Source: Bryobacterales bacterium
Lineage (GTDB): Bacteria > Acidobacteriota > Terriglobia > Bryobacterales > Bryobacteraceae
DNA: 64,000 nucleotides
Assembly: GCA_963843095.1 (NCBI GenBank)
Contig: CAWJLI010000065.1
Location: 1,123 to 65,122 of the forward strand
Reading direction: 5' to 3'
Notes under the pieces: model-generated
What the model was told of the DNA's origin: nothing
The model's input: the letters and a program-made list of their open reading frames with translations, nothing else
The model's database searches: none
Part shown: positions 47,215-58,034 of the stretch, piece after piece
Layout of the letters: the number at the start of each line of letters is the position of its first letter
Position numbering within the stretch: the stretch's first letter is position 1
Translations under genes and position numbers: made by a program

Positions 47215-49068
47215 TTACTCGACCGTCACGCTCTTGGCCAGGTTACGCGGCTGATCCACGTCACAACCCCGCCGCACGGCGATGTGATACGCCAGCAATT
47301 GCAACGGCACGATTTCCAGAATCGGGCTTAACAGTGCGAGCGATGGCGGAATCTCGATGGTGTGGTCCGCCATCCTGGGCACCAGTTCGTCGCCCTGCGT
47401 CACCAGGGCCACCACGATTCCCTCGCGCGCTTTCACTTCCTGAATATTGGAGACCGTCTTCTCATAGAGAAGGCAGCTCTCTTCGCTCGAGGCATCGCGC
47501 GTGGCCAGCACCACCACCGGCAGCTTCTCATCGATCAATGCGTTGGGGCCGTGCTTCATCTCGCCGGCCGGGTAGCCCTCGGCGTGGATGTAGGAAATTT
47601 CCTTCAGCTTCAGCGCGCCTTCGAGCGCGATCGGGAAATGCTGGCCGCGGCCGAGGAATAGGAAATCGGTGGCGCGGTGCAGTTCCCTCCCGAGGGCTTC
47701 GTAGACCGCGTCGTGCGCCAGCACGGTCTCCAGCTTGCCGGGAATCCGCAGCGCCTCCTGCATCAGCGAGCGCGAAGTGTTCTCGTCCAGATGCCCGTTG
47801 GACTGCCCCAGGTACATGGCCAGGATGAACAGCGCGCTCAACTGGCAGGTGAAGGCCTTGGTGGAAGCGACCCCGATTTCAGGTCCGGCGTGGGTGTAGA
47901 TGGTGCCGGCGGCTTCCCGCGTGATCATCGAGCCGACCACGTTGCAGATGGCCAGCGTTTTCGATCCCCGCTGTTTGGCCTCGCGCTGTGCGGCCAGCGT
48001 GTCGGCGGTTTCGCCGGATTGCGAGATCACCACGGTCAGCGTGTCGTCGGTGACGATTGGATCGCGGTAGCGGAATTCGCTCCCGTAGTCGACCTCGACC
48101 GGAATGCGCGCCAGCTTCTCGATCATGAACTTGCCGGCCAGTCCGGCGTGCCAACTGGTGCCGCAAGCGATGATCTTCACTTGGCGGAAGCGGGCGAACT
48201 CGGCCGGCTGAATGTCCATTTCATCCAAAAAGATGCGCCCGGTCTCCTGACCCACGCGGCCCAGCATGGTGTCGCGCACGGCCCGCGGCTGCTCGAAGAT
48301 TTCCTTGAGCATGAAATGCTTGTAGCCGCCTTTTTCGGCCATGATGGGATCCCAGAGCACGTGGGTAACCTGGCGGTTGACGGGCCGGCCCTGGAAATCG
48401 CTCAGTCGCACGCCGGCCGGCGTGAGGACCGCCATGTCGCCATCGGCGAGGAAGAACATGTCGCGCGTGTGGCTGAGGATGGCGGGCACATCGGATGCCA
48501 CGAAGTATTCGTTGTCGCCGATGCCGATAACTACCGGCGGGCCGTTGCGCGCGGCGACAATCTTCTCCGGATCGGCGCGCGAAATCACGGCCAGCGCGAA
48601 GACGCCGGCCAGTTCCGCCACCGCCGCTCGAACGGCTTCTTCCAGGTTGCCGCTGAAGTGCTTCTCGATCAGGTGGGCGATGATCTCGGTGTCGGTTTCG
48701 GTCCGGAACACGTGGCCTTCGGATTCCAGTTGATGCTTGAGCGTCAGGTAGTTTTCGACGATACCGTTGTGCACCACCACCAGGTCGCCGTTGCAATCGC
48801 TGTGCGGGTGAGCGTTCTCTTCGGTGGGGCGGCCGTGCGTCGCCCACCGCGTGTGGCCGATGCCGAACGAGCCGTCCACCGGGCTCAGGCGGATGGTATC
48901 TTCCAGATTGCGCAGTTTGCCCTTGGCGCGGCGCACAGCCAAATTGTGATCCTCGCCATAAACCGCCAGCCCCGCCGAATCATAGCCGCGGTACTCGAGC
49001 CGCTTCAGTCCCTCCAGAATGATCGGCACCGCTTTGCGATGCCCGACATAACCTACGATTCCGCACAT
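47215..49068 (-). CDS. glmS: glutamine--fructose-6-phosphate aminotransferase
   Basis: Start at ATG 49068 gives MCGIVGYVG (N-terminal Cys nucleophile). Two SIS domains. C-terminal [15 protein letters not shown]. Confidence 0.95.
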   Translation of the reverse strand: MCGIVGYVGHRKAVPIILEGLKRLEYRGYDSAGLAVYGEDHNLAVRRAKGKLRNLEDTIRLSPVDGSFGIGHTRWATHGRPTEENAHPHSDCNGDLVVVHNGIVENYLTLKHQLESEGHVFRTETDTEIIAHLIEKHFSGNLEEAVRAAVAELAGVFALAVISRADPEKIVAARNGPPVVIGIGDNEYFVASDVPAILSHTRDMFFLADGDMAVLTPAGVRLSDFQGRPVNRQVTHVLWDPIMAEKGGYKHFMLKEIFEQPRAVRDTMLGRVGQETGRIFLDEMDIQPAEFARFRQVKIIACGTSWHAGLAGKFMIEKLARIPVEVDYGSEFRYRDPIVTDDTLTVVISQSGETADTLAAQREAKQRGSKTLAICNVVGSMITREAAGTIYTHAGPEIGVASTKAFTCQLSALFILAMYLGQSNGHLDENTSRSLMQEALRIPGKLETVLAHDAVYEALGRELHRATDFLFLGRGQHFPIALEGALKLKEISYIHAEGYPAGEMKHGPNALIDEKLPVVVLATRDASSEESCLLYEKTVSNIQEVKAREGIVVALVTQGDELVPRMADHTIEIPPSLALLSPILEIVPLQLLAYHIAVRRGCDVDQPRNLAKSVTVE

Positions 49069-49135
49069 AAGACCATTATAGGGAAGCCGCAAGAAGATAC
49101 TCGCGGCCGGCGTGCACAACCGCCATCAAGAGAAT

Positions 49136-49474
49136 CTATAAGGCCGATTCGCCGCGGGCATCGTCGCGGATGCGGACGATGTCGACCACCTCGGAGACAA
49201 AGATCTTACCGTCTCCGATGGCGCCGGTGCGCACGGCTTCGACGAGGGCGCCGATCACTTCGTCCTTGCGGGCGGAAGGCACCACCGTTTCGAGCTTGAT
49301 CTTGTGGATGAAATCCACGTCGTACTCGCGGCCGCGGTAGACCTCTCTATGCCCCTTCTGGCGGCCGTGGCCGCGCACCTCGCTGACGGTGAGACCGTCA
49401 ATGCCGATGCTCTGGAGCACTTCCCGGGCCTTGTCCAGTTTGGAGGGTTGGATGACCGCTTCAATCTTGACCAT
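49136..49474 (-). CDS. glnK: nitrogen regulatory protein P-II
   Basis: MVKIEAVIQPSKLDKAREVL...GLTVSEVRGHGRQKGH.EVYRGREY (T-loop). 4 nt downstream of amtB. Confidence 0.9.
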   Translation of the reverse strand: MVKIEAVIQPSKLDKAREVLQSIGIDGLTVSEVRGHGRQKGHREVYRGREYDVDFIHKIKLETVVPSARKDEVIGALVEAVRTGAIGDGKIFVSEVVDIVRIRDDARGESAL

Positions 49475-49478
49475 GGGA

Positions 49479-50861
49479 TTACCCCTCGAAATTGTAGCCT
49501 TCTTCACCGTGGAGCGACAGGTCCATGCCGGTAGCTTCCTCGCCTTCCGTCATGTGGAGCGGCGTCACCAATTCGGTGATCTTGAGCGCGGCGAGCGTGC
49601 CCACCACGCCGAGACCGATTCCGATGCCGGCGCCGATGAGTTGATTGACAAGCTGGGCGGGATTGCCGTCGATCCAGCCGAGCGGGGCGGGCCGGCCGTT
49701 GGCCAGTTTGAGAACCGAGTTGACGGCGCGCGTGGCGAACACACCGGTGAGCAGGCAGCCAGCGAAACCGCCGACGCCGTGAACGCCGAAAACGTCGAGC
49801 GAATCGTCATAGCGGAACCTCTCCTTCACCGTGGTGACCATGAAGTAGCAGAGCGCGCCCGCGATCAGACCGATAGCCACGGCGCTGAACGGTTGCACGA
49901 AGCCTGCGCCCTGGGTGACGGTGGCGAGACCGGCGACCGCGCCGGAGATGGCGCCCAGCGCGCTGGCCTGTCCTTTGCGCACGCGCTCGGCCGCCATCCA
50001 GCCGACCGCGCCGGCCGCGGCGGCGAAGTGCGTCGCCACAAATGCGCTGGTGGCCAGCGAAGACGCCGCCAGCGCGCTGCCCGCGTTGAAGCCGAACCAG
50101 CCGACCCAGAGCAGGCACGCGCCGATGAAGCTGAGCACCAGACTGTGCGGGACAAACTTCTCGTGGGGATAGCCGACGCGCTTGCCCACGTATAGCGCGG
50201 TGACCAGCGCGGAGAATCCGCTGGTGATGTGCACCACGGTGCCGCCGGCGAAGTCGAACACCGGAACCCTGCCGCCTCCGAATGCATTGAGAAAACCGCC
50301 CGTGCCCCACACCATATGCGCCGTGGGGAAGTAGACGAAGAACGCCCACAGCACCGAGAACATGACCATGGCTTTGAAGTGTACGCGCTCGGCAAACGCG
50401 CCGGTAATCAGCGCCGGCGTGATGATGGCGAACATGAGCTGATAGATCATGAACGTCTGGTGGGGAATGGTGGGTGCGTAGAGCGGGTTCGGTTCGGCTC
50501 CCACGCCGCGCAGGAACAGGTAGCGCAGGTCGCCGAGGAACGGGTTGCCTGGGGCGAACACCAGGCTGTAGCCGCAGACTCCCCAAAGCAGGGTGATCAC
50601 CGCCATCATGGCGAAGCTCTGCATCATGGTGCCGAGCACGTTCCTTTTGCGCACCAATCCGCAGTAGAACAGGGCCAGGCCGGGACCCGTCATCATGAGC
50701 ACGAACGCGGCGCTGACCAGCATCCAGGCGTTGTCACCGGCCGACTGGGACGCCGCTACCGCGGCCTGCAAGGCCCGCAGTTCGGCGCGATCCCCTTGTG
50801 GCGCTTGCGCCAGGGCAGAGGAAGAGAGTAGGAGTAGTCCTGCAAACACACGATTCGACAA
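49479..50861 (-). CDS. amtB: ammonium transporter
   Basis: Signal peptide, then DNAWMLVSAAFVLMMTPGLALFYCGLVR, FDFAGGTVVHITSG and FGVHGVGG (Amt signatures). TTG start after GGAGA. Confidence 0.9.
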   Translation of the reverse strand: MSNRVFAGLLLLSSSALAQAPQGDRAELRALQAAVAASQSAGDNAWMLVSAAFVLMMTGPGLALFYCGLVRKRNVLGTMMQSFAMMAVITLLWGVCGYSLVFAPGNPFLGDLRYLFLRGVGAEPNPLYAPTIPHQTFMIYQLMFAIITPALITGAFAERVHFKAMVMFSVLWAFFVYFPTAHMVWGTGGFLNAFGGGRVPVFDFAGGTVVHITSGFSALVTALYVGKRVGYPHEKFVPHSLVLSFIGACLLWVGWFGFNAGSALAASSLATSAFVATHFAAAAGAVGWMAAERVRKGQASALGAISGAVAGLATVTQGAGFVQPFSAVAIGLIAGALCYFMVTTVKERFRYDDSLDVFGVHGVGGFAGCLLTGVFATRAVNSVLKLANGRPAPLGWIDGNPAQLVNQLIGAGIGIGLGVVGTLAALKITELVTPLHMTEGEEATGMDLSLHGEEGYNFEG

Positions 50862-51002
50862 CTTGGTCTCCTCAACGTGGAGTTAGCTCCCGCGAACGGG
50901 GCGGGAACACCACACATTAGAGGATGGCGCGTTGCAGGGCCACAAGAAGAATTGAATGTGCCCAATAGAAAAAACTTATGGGGCAGCGGCGGAGCAACGC
51001 TA

Positions 51003-52304
51003 TCACTCGACGTTTTTCTTCGTGATTGGGTCGCCGTGCCCGACGGCGATGTTCAAACCCGACAGATCCACCTTGCGTGCGTTCTCGATCACGAAACCCT
51101 TGTCGGCCGTGATGTTGCACTTCTCGAACTTCACGTTCAGAATCGGGCTGCCGGCCAGACCGTGCATCATGCCCACCGATTTCACCGTCCCCGTGATGTT
51201 GCGGATCGTCACGTTGCGCACGATCGGCAGAACCTTGGCGGGCGGTGCGATCGGCGGCACCATCCGCCACTCCAGGTTGAACTCAAACGCCAGGCGAGTG
51301 CCCTGGAGCACCATGTCGCGATAGGTGATGTTCTCCACCACGCCGCCGCGGCTGGGCTGTGTCTTGAAACGGATGGGCGCCCAGTTGTCGGCATCGGCCA
51401 CGCAGTGGCGGGTGATCACATTGCGGATGCCGCCGGATGTCTCGCTGCCCATCGCCACGCCGCCGTGCCCATAGTGGAAGCGGCTGTTCTCGATGATGAT
51501 GTCCTCCGCCGGGCGATTGACGCGCAGCCCTTCCTCGTCCTTGCCGGACTTAATCGAGATGCAGTCGTCGTTCACGTCGATATCCACGTTGCGGACGCGC
51601 ACCTTGCGCGAAGAGTCGATGTCGATGCCATCCGAGCTCGGAATGTTGTGGTCGGCCCGAATGTCCAGCCCGTCTACCGTGACGTCCTCCGAATACAGAA
51701 TGTGCAGGCACCAGATGGCTTGCTGTTTCAATCGCAAACCGGAGATCCGCACGCGCCTGCAGTTCTGGAAGCAGATCATGCGCGGGCGTCCCAACCGCGG
51801 CCCCGGTGGTGCGGCGGCAGTGCCCGGGTTGGGCGGCGTCTCGCCCGCTTGTGCTCCGCGTCTGCGCGGGCTCCGCGCCAACCACAAATCGCCCGATCCG
51901 TCCACGGTCCCTTCGCCGCCGACCTCCACGCCCGTCATGCCGGTGAAATTCAGCAGCGCCGAGGTCCACTCGCGGTCGATGCCTTCCCACCGCGTCATCA
52001 CCTGCGGGTAGTCGCTCTGTTCCACGGAGCCCTTCAGCGTTCCGCTCTTCTCGATGAACAGATTCACGCCCTGCTTGAAGAACAGTGCGCCGGTGAGGAA
52101 GGTTCCGCCGGGCACCACCACGGTGCCTCCGCCCTCCTTCGCCACCTTGTCAATCAACGATTGGATGGCTTGCGTGTTGGAGGTCTTGCCGTCGCCCACG
52201 GCGCCAAAGCTGTCGATCGCGAAGCGCCTGCCCCCGCTCGCCGGGACCGCGGCCGGGATGACCCACAACGCCACCACCAGAGTCAGCCAATGAGTGCGTT
52301 TCAT
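51003..52304 (-). CDS. glycoside hydrolase family 28 (polygalacturonase-like beta-helix), secreted
   Basis: FGAVGDGKTSNTQAIQ, SSDGIDIDSS, NDDCISIKSG and HGGVAMGSE are the GH28 catalytic motifs. Signal peptide present. Confidence 0.85.
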   Translation of the reverse strand: MKRTHWLTLVVALWVIPAAVPASGGRRFAIDSFGAVGDGKTSNTQAIQSLIDKVAKEGGGTVVVPGGTFLTGALFFKQGVNLFIEKSGTLKGSVEQSDYPQVMTRWEGIDREWTSALLNFTGMTGVEVGGEGTVDGSGDLWLARSPRRRGAQAGETPPNPGTAAAPPGPRLGRPRMICFQNCRRVRISGLRLKQQAIWCLHILYSEDVTVDGLDIRADHNIPSSDGIDIDSSRKVRVRNVDIDVNDDCISIKSGKDEEGLRVNRPAEDIIIENSRFHYGHGGVAMGSETSGGIRNVITRHCVADADNWAPIRFKTQPSRGGVVENITYRDMVLQGTRLAFEFNLEWRMVPPIAPPAKVLPIVRNVTIRNITGTVKSVGMMHGLAGSPILNVKFEKCNITADKGFVIENARKVDLSGLNIAVGHGDPITKKNVE

Positions 52305-52379
52305 AAGAATGCCTGATCGATGCGAAACACCATTGCAACACGATTTCGGTGGTTCGTCGCGGGCGATGGACAGGGCCGC

Positions 52380-53555
52380 TCAGGAGACGTAATAGCCTTC
52401 CCTGGCTTGCACCGCCAGGTCCTTCTTCTTCACGGTCAGGTGAATGTGCCGGTAAGCCGCGGTTTCGCCGGTCTCGCTCGGCGTGTAGCCGATGCTGTAC
52501 TGGCTGCGAAGCTCTTCCTGGAGTTCGGCGAATACTTTGTCGATCGGCAGGTGGTGTGACACCTCGATAAACCTGCCGCCGGTCTCGCGCGCCATCTGCT
52601 CGAGCACTTTCTTGCCTTCCCCGCGATTTTCGGGGTAGCCGCCTCCGCCCGGATAGCCGCCCCCGCCGGGGTAGCCTCCGCCACCGGGGTAGCCTCCACC
52701 CATCCCGCCGCGGCGCCGTCCCATGCCGGGGCCGTAACCATTGTTGGTGTATGGGTTGGAACCGGCGAACAGAATCGAGTACACCAGCGTATCGGCTCGC
52801 TGCGCGGCGGAAATCGCCTCGAACAGCGTGTACCGGCTGCCCCGATCGACTCCATCGGTCAGCAGCACCACCGCCTTGCGGCCCTTCTGTTTGATCATCA
52901 ACTCGTCGGCCGCAAGCTTCACGGCGTCATACAGATGCGTGCCTCCACGCCGGGCGCCACCGGAACCGCTACCATCGTCGGGCGGGTATCCGCCGCCGCG
53001 CTGGCGCTGCAATTGCGGCTCCGTCACCTGCAACTCGTCCAGCGCCTTCTCCAGCCTCGCCCGTGAGGGCGTGAGATCCTCCAGCAGCTCTACTTCCTTG
53101 TCGAAATGGATCAGGAAGGCCAGGTCGCGGTCCTCGCGCAGCACCTGGTCGAAAAAGCGCCGGCTGGCGTCGCGTTCGTCGTTCAGCACATTGCGCTGGC
53201 TGCCGCTGGTATCCACCAGCAGCCCGAGCGTCAGCGGCAGGTCGGTCTCGCGCGCGAAGTAGCGAATCACCTGCGGGTGCCCTTCTTCGTCCAGCACGAA
53301 ATCTTCTTTGCTCAGATCTTTGACGATTTGCCCCTTCTTGTCGCGCACGGTGGCGAAAATGTTCACTACTTTGACTTCCGCCGAATACGTCGGCGGCGGC
53401 TGGCCGGGCGCGGCCGGTACTGCCACCGGGGCGGTTGGGGGCTGTTGACCAGGCGGCGCCGCGGCCGGGGCTGGCGGCGCCTGCTGCCCACGCAGCCAGT
53501 GAGCAGCCGGGAGTAAGGTGAAAGCGGAAAGCAGACTCCGCCTGGACAGGTTCAT
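52380..53555 (-). CDS. VWFA-related (von Willebrand A) secreted protein with GGGYP repeats
   Basis: Start at ATG 53555 (MNLSRRSLLSAF). VKVVNIFATVRDKKGQIVKDLSKEDFVLDEEGHPQ and LLVDTSGSQ follow the Acidobacteria-type VWFA-related pattern (TIGR03436-like, from memory). Confidence 0.8.
   Translation of the reverse strand: MNLSRRSLLSAFTLLPAAHWLRGQQAPPAPAAAPPGQQPPTAPVAVPAAPGQPPPTYSAEVKVVNIFATVRDKKGQIVKDLSKEDFVLDEEGHPQVIRYFARETDLPLTLGLLVDTSGSQRNVLNDERDASRRFFDQVLREDRDLAFLIHFDKEVELLEDLTPSRARLEKALDELQVTEPQLQRQRGGGYPPDDGSGSGGARRGGTHLYDAVKLAADELMIKQKGRKAVVLLTDGVDRGSRYTLFEAISAAQRADTLVYSILFAGSNPYTNNGYGPGMGRRRGGMGGGYPGGGGYPGGGGYPGGGGYPENRGEGKKVLEQMARETGGRFIEVSHHLPIDKVFAELQEELRSQYSIGYTPSETGETAAYRHIHLTVKKKDLAVQAREGYYVS
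52631..52700. repeat. imperfect 15-nt tandem repeat encoding (GGGYP)x4
   Basis: CGGGGTAGCC(G/T)CC.CC units on the plus strand. The minus-strand protein reads GGGYPGGGGYPGGGGYPGGGGYP. Confidence 0.6.
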
Positions 53556-53737
53556 ATCGTCTCTCTCTTCGTTGAGTACAGATGCGCCCGCTCTGCCGCG
53601 GGTTACCACCCGGCGGCTCGAAAAGATTTTGGAACCTATCCGAAAGCCGCCCGGCGTCCACACGGCATAGCGAAACACGCGCCGCGCAGACTATGTAACC
53701 CTGCGCCCCTCCAATACGTTTATGCTTAGTTCAGACA

Positions 53738-54241
53738 GTGCTTCAGGCTTCGAGCTGGGTGGGAATCCTAATCCGCGGCGTGGCGTGCCTTCTGGCCGCC
53801 GGCGGCCTTGCATGTGCCGCCGATCCGCCATTAGCGCCGGTTGGCGTGTGCGAGGTGTTGCGCGACCTGGCTTCCTGGGAGAACAAGAACGCCGCCATCG
53901 TGGGGCGCTACAGCTTCCGTCCCACCGGGCGATGGGTGAGCGAGCAGGTCTGCGATCCTGGCGCCGCTGATCCGCCGCAGCTCTGGATTGTCGAGGATGA
54001 CACGAATGGTCCCCGGCCGCCCGAGCGCTTCGAGTTTGACGCCGCGGTGATGCGCCTGAAGCTAACCGAAATCGCACGCCGCACCACGCTCGCCAAGTTT
54101 CGCTTCGGCACCCCCGGCTATGACCGATGGGCAGTGGTCTACGGCCGCGTCGAAGCGCGCAAAGGCGACGATGCCAGGAAAGCTCCCGCAAACCTGGTGA
54201 TCCGCGGCGCCTCGGTCATCGTTTTGCTCGCCGCTGAGTAA
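53738..54241 (+). CDS. hypothetical secreted protein
   Basis: 167-aa ORF with N-terminal hydrophobic signal GVACLLAAGGLACA. No family recognised. Confidence 0.45.
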   Translation: MLQASSWVGILIRGVACLLAAGGLACAADPPLAPVGVCEVLRDLASWENKNAAIVGRYSFRPTGRWVSEQVCDPGAADPPQLWIVEDDTNGPRPPERFEFDAAVMRLKLTEIARRTTLAKFRFGTPGYDRWAVVYGRVEARKGDDARKAPANLVIRGASVIVLLAAE

Positions 54242-54405
54242 ACAAGGCGCAGAGCCCTCGGCGCCCACCCAGCTCCCGCCGGCCCGGTGCTATAACATTA
54301 AGCACGACAAGAATATCGTTTGCGCGACGGGCAAACGGGTGGGGCAGGCGCTTCCGCCTGCCGACCGGTTCCTCCGCAACTCAGGGAGGGTGAGCCCGCT
54401 CAATT

Positions 54406-56532
54406 ATGAGGTTCCGCTTAACTGCCATGAAACCCTTCGCCGCGTTTGGCTGCCTTCTGGCGTGCCTGATCCCCGCCTCCGCCCAGCAGGGGGACTATCC
54501 TGTCAAGCCGGTGCCCTTTACCGATGTTCACCTGAACGACACCTTCTGGGCGCCGCGCATCGAAATCAATCGCACCATCACCATCCCGCATGCGTTCCAG
54601 AAGGAGGAAGAAACCGGTACTATCGGCAATTTTGTCCGCGCCGCGCAGTCCCTCCGCCACGAGCCGTTCGAGAATCACCACTATCCTCGCTATCCGTTCG
54701 ACGATTCCGACGTTTACAAGGTGATCGAAGGCGCCGCTTACACGCTCAGCGTTGATCCCGATCCGAAGCTCGAAGCCTATTGCGACGATCTCATCCGGAA
54801 GATCGCCGCCGCCCAGGAACCCGACGGCTACCTGTACACCGCGCGCACCATCGATCCGCTGCACCCGCATCCCTGGTCGGGCGCCGAGCGGTGGATACTC
54901 GAGGGCGTCGGCAGTCACGAGCTCTACGATCTCGGCCACCTCTATGAAGCCGCGGTGGCCTACTACCAGGCCACGGGCCAGCGCGTCCTGCTCGACGTCG
55001 CCCTGCGCAGCGCCAACATGCTCGTCCAAACCTTCGGTCCCGGCAAGCGCGAAATCTGGCCCGGTCACCCAGTCATCGAGATGGGCCTCGTCAAGCTGTG
55101 CCGCATCACCGGCGACCGGCGCTATCTCGATCTAGCCAAATTCATGCTCGATTCGCGCGGGCCGCAAAGCTCCGAGAAGGGCGCCGGCACTCCGTACGTC
55201 GAAGCCAACCAGCGCGTCGTCGAGCAAACCGATGCGCCGGCCGGAGGCCATGCCGTGCGCGCCATGTATTTGTACTCCGGCATGGCGGATGTGGCCGCGC
55301 TCACCGGCGACACCGCTTACACCGAGGCGCTCGACCGCATCTGGGACGATGTCGCCGACCGCAAATTGCATGTCACCGGCGGCGTGGGCGCACGCGCCGA
55401 GGGCGAATCCTTCGGCGAAGATTATGAGCTGCCGAACCTCACCGCTTATAACGAAACCTGCGCCGCCGTTGGCAACGACTTCTGGAATCACCGCCTTTTC
55501 TTACTTCATGCCGATGCCAAGTATATCGACGTGATGGAGCGCACACTTTATAACGGCTTGATTTCCGGCGTCGCCCTCGATGGCGTCACCTTCTTTTATG
55601 AGAACCCGCTCGAAGCCACCGGCCTGGCCGCGAAAGACCAGCGCAGCCCCTGGTTCGGCTGCCCCTGCTGTCCCGGCAATATTACCCGCTTCATGGCCTC
55701 CGTGCCCGGCTACGTGTACGCCCAGCGCGGCGACACGCTCTGGGTGAACCTGTTCGCCGCCAACACCGCTGGCATCAAGATGGATAACGGACGCTCCGTG
55801 CGCGTGACGCAGCAGACCCGCTACCCGTGGGACGGCGCCGTCAAGATTTCCGTCGCACCGGACCAGGCCGCGCCGATGACCATCCGCGTGCGCATCCCCG
55901 GTTGGGCGCACGAAGAGCCCATCCCGAGCGATCTCTACCGCTTCGCCGCTCCATCGGCCGAGCAGCCCGTGCTCAAAGTGAACGGCGCCGCCGTCCCCAT
56001 TCGCCTCGACAAAGGCTATGTCGCGATCACGCGCACGTGGACCGCGGGCGACACCATCGAGCTGAACCTCCCCATGCCGGTGCGCCGCGTGGTGGCCAAC
56101 CAACAAGTCGCGGCCGACCGCGGACGAGTGGCCCTTCAGCGCGGCCCCATCGTCTTCGCTGCCGAATGGGCCGACAACCCCGGCGGCCAAGTGCGCAACC
56201 TGATGCTGCCGGATCAAGCGCCGCTGCGCGCCGAATTTCGTCCCGCGCTGCTCAAAGGCGTCGAGGTGGTCCAGGCCCGCGCCGTGGCGCTCTCCCGCGA
56301 TGAGAAGGGCAATCTCATCCGCACGCCCGAGGAGATCATTTTCATCCCCTACTACGCCTGGGCCAATCGCGGCCCGGGCCAGATGATGGTGTGGATTCCC
56401 AATTCCGAATCCGCCGCCCGCCCCGCGCCGCCACCCAGCGTTACCACCAAAGCCACCGTCTCTACCAGCGACGCCAAAAACCCGAACCCCGTCAAAGCCG
56501 AACCGCCGACCTGTCGCTTAGGAGGCGGATAG
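54406..56532 (+). CDS. glycoside hydrolase family 127 (beta-L-arabinofuranosidase-like, DUF1680)
   Basis: HELYDLGHLYEAAVAYYQATGQRVLLDVALR...WPGHPVIEMGLVKLCRITGDRRYLDLAKFMLDSRG and the CPCCPGN Cys cluster. The last ~10 codons are encoded by a tRNA-derived repeat. Confidence 0.85.
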   Translation: MRFRLTAMKPFAAFGCLLACLIPASAQQGDYPVKPVPFTDVHLNDTFWAPRIEINRTITIPHAFQKEEETGTIGNFVRAAQSLRHEPFENHHYPRYPFDDSDVYKVIEGAAYTLSVDPDPKLEAYCDDLIRKIAAAQEPDGYLYTARTIDPLHPHPWSGAERWILEGVGSHELYDLGHLYEAAVAYYQATGQRVLLDVALRSANMLVQTFGPGKREIWPGHPVIEMGLVKLCRITGDRRYLDLAKFMLDSRGPQSSEKGAGTPYVEANQRVVEQTDAPAGGHAVRAMYLYSGMADVAALTGDTAYTEALDRIWDDVADRKLHVTGGVGARAEGESFGEDYELPNLTAYNETCAAVGNDFWNHRLFLLHADAKYIDVMERTLYNGLISGVALDGVTFFYENPLEATGLAAKDQRSPWFGCPCCPGNITRFMASVPGYVYAQRGDTLWVNLFAANTAGIKMDNGRSVRVTQQTRYPWDGAVKISVAPDQAAPMTIRVRIPGWAHEEPIPSDLYRFAAPSAEQPVLKVNGAAVPIRLDKGYVAITRTWTAGDTIELNLPMPVRRVVANQQVAADRGRVALQRGPIVFAAEWADNPGGQVRNLMLPDQAPLRAEFRPALLKGVEVVQARAVALSRDEKGNLIRTPEEIIFIPYYAWANRGPGQMMVWIPNSESAARPAPPPSVTTKATVSTSDAKNPNPVKAEPPTCRLGGG
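56499..56527. repeat. 29-nt exact copy of an internal segment of the nearby tRNA-Arg gene
   Basis: CGAACCGCCGACCTGTCGCTTAGGAGGCG at 56499-56527 is identical to 56718-56746 (anticodon arm to T-arm of tRNA-Arg, same orientation). Confidence 0.8.
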
Positions 56533-56698
56533 ATCGCCTGCAGAGCTTCCTTCAGTTCTATCCTGTTGCTTGTTTTTTCCAATAATCTGGGGAGTCTGCT
56601 TTCGCTCAGATGACAACCCCAGCAGGCTCAGATTCGAGGTTTTGGATACGGTTTTGATGCGGTACAAAGCTCGGATCATCGATGCAGGGTGGGTTAAG

Positions 56699-56765
56699 TG
56701 GTAGGGACGGGCGGATTCGAACCGCCGACCTGTCGCTTAGGAGGCGACCGCTCTATCCATCTGAG

Positions 56766-56775
<10 letters not shown>
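56699..56775 (-). tRNA. tRNA-Arg(CCU)
   Basis: Minus strand reads GGGGACGTAGCTCAGATGGATAGAGCGGTCGCCTCCTAAGCGACAGGTCGGCGGTTCGAATCCGCCCGTCCCTACCA. Cloverleaf folds, with anticodon loop CTCCTAA. Confidence 0.9.
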
Positions 56776-58016
<1,241 letters not shown>

Positions 58017-58034
58017 CTTGGTTGCACCATTAGA

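Noticed and set aside
49069-49135. glmS ribozyme upstream of glmS.
   Set aside because: Only 67 nt separate glnK and glmS, which is too short for the ribozyme core, and I see none of its conserved structure.
50862-51002. Sigma54 (GG-N10-GC) promoter upstream of amtB.
   Set aside because: The two candidate GG...GC pairs (TGGGCACATTCAATTC, TGGCCCTGCAACGCG) have wrong spacing or a poor -12 element, so this cannot be supported by eye.
54339-54755. 138-aa ORF starting MGQALPPADRFL upstream of and overlapping GH127.
   Set aside because: Its start is generated by a REP-like hairpin, and it overlaps the well-supported GH127 frame.
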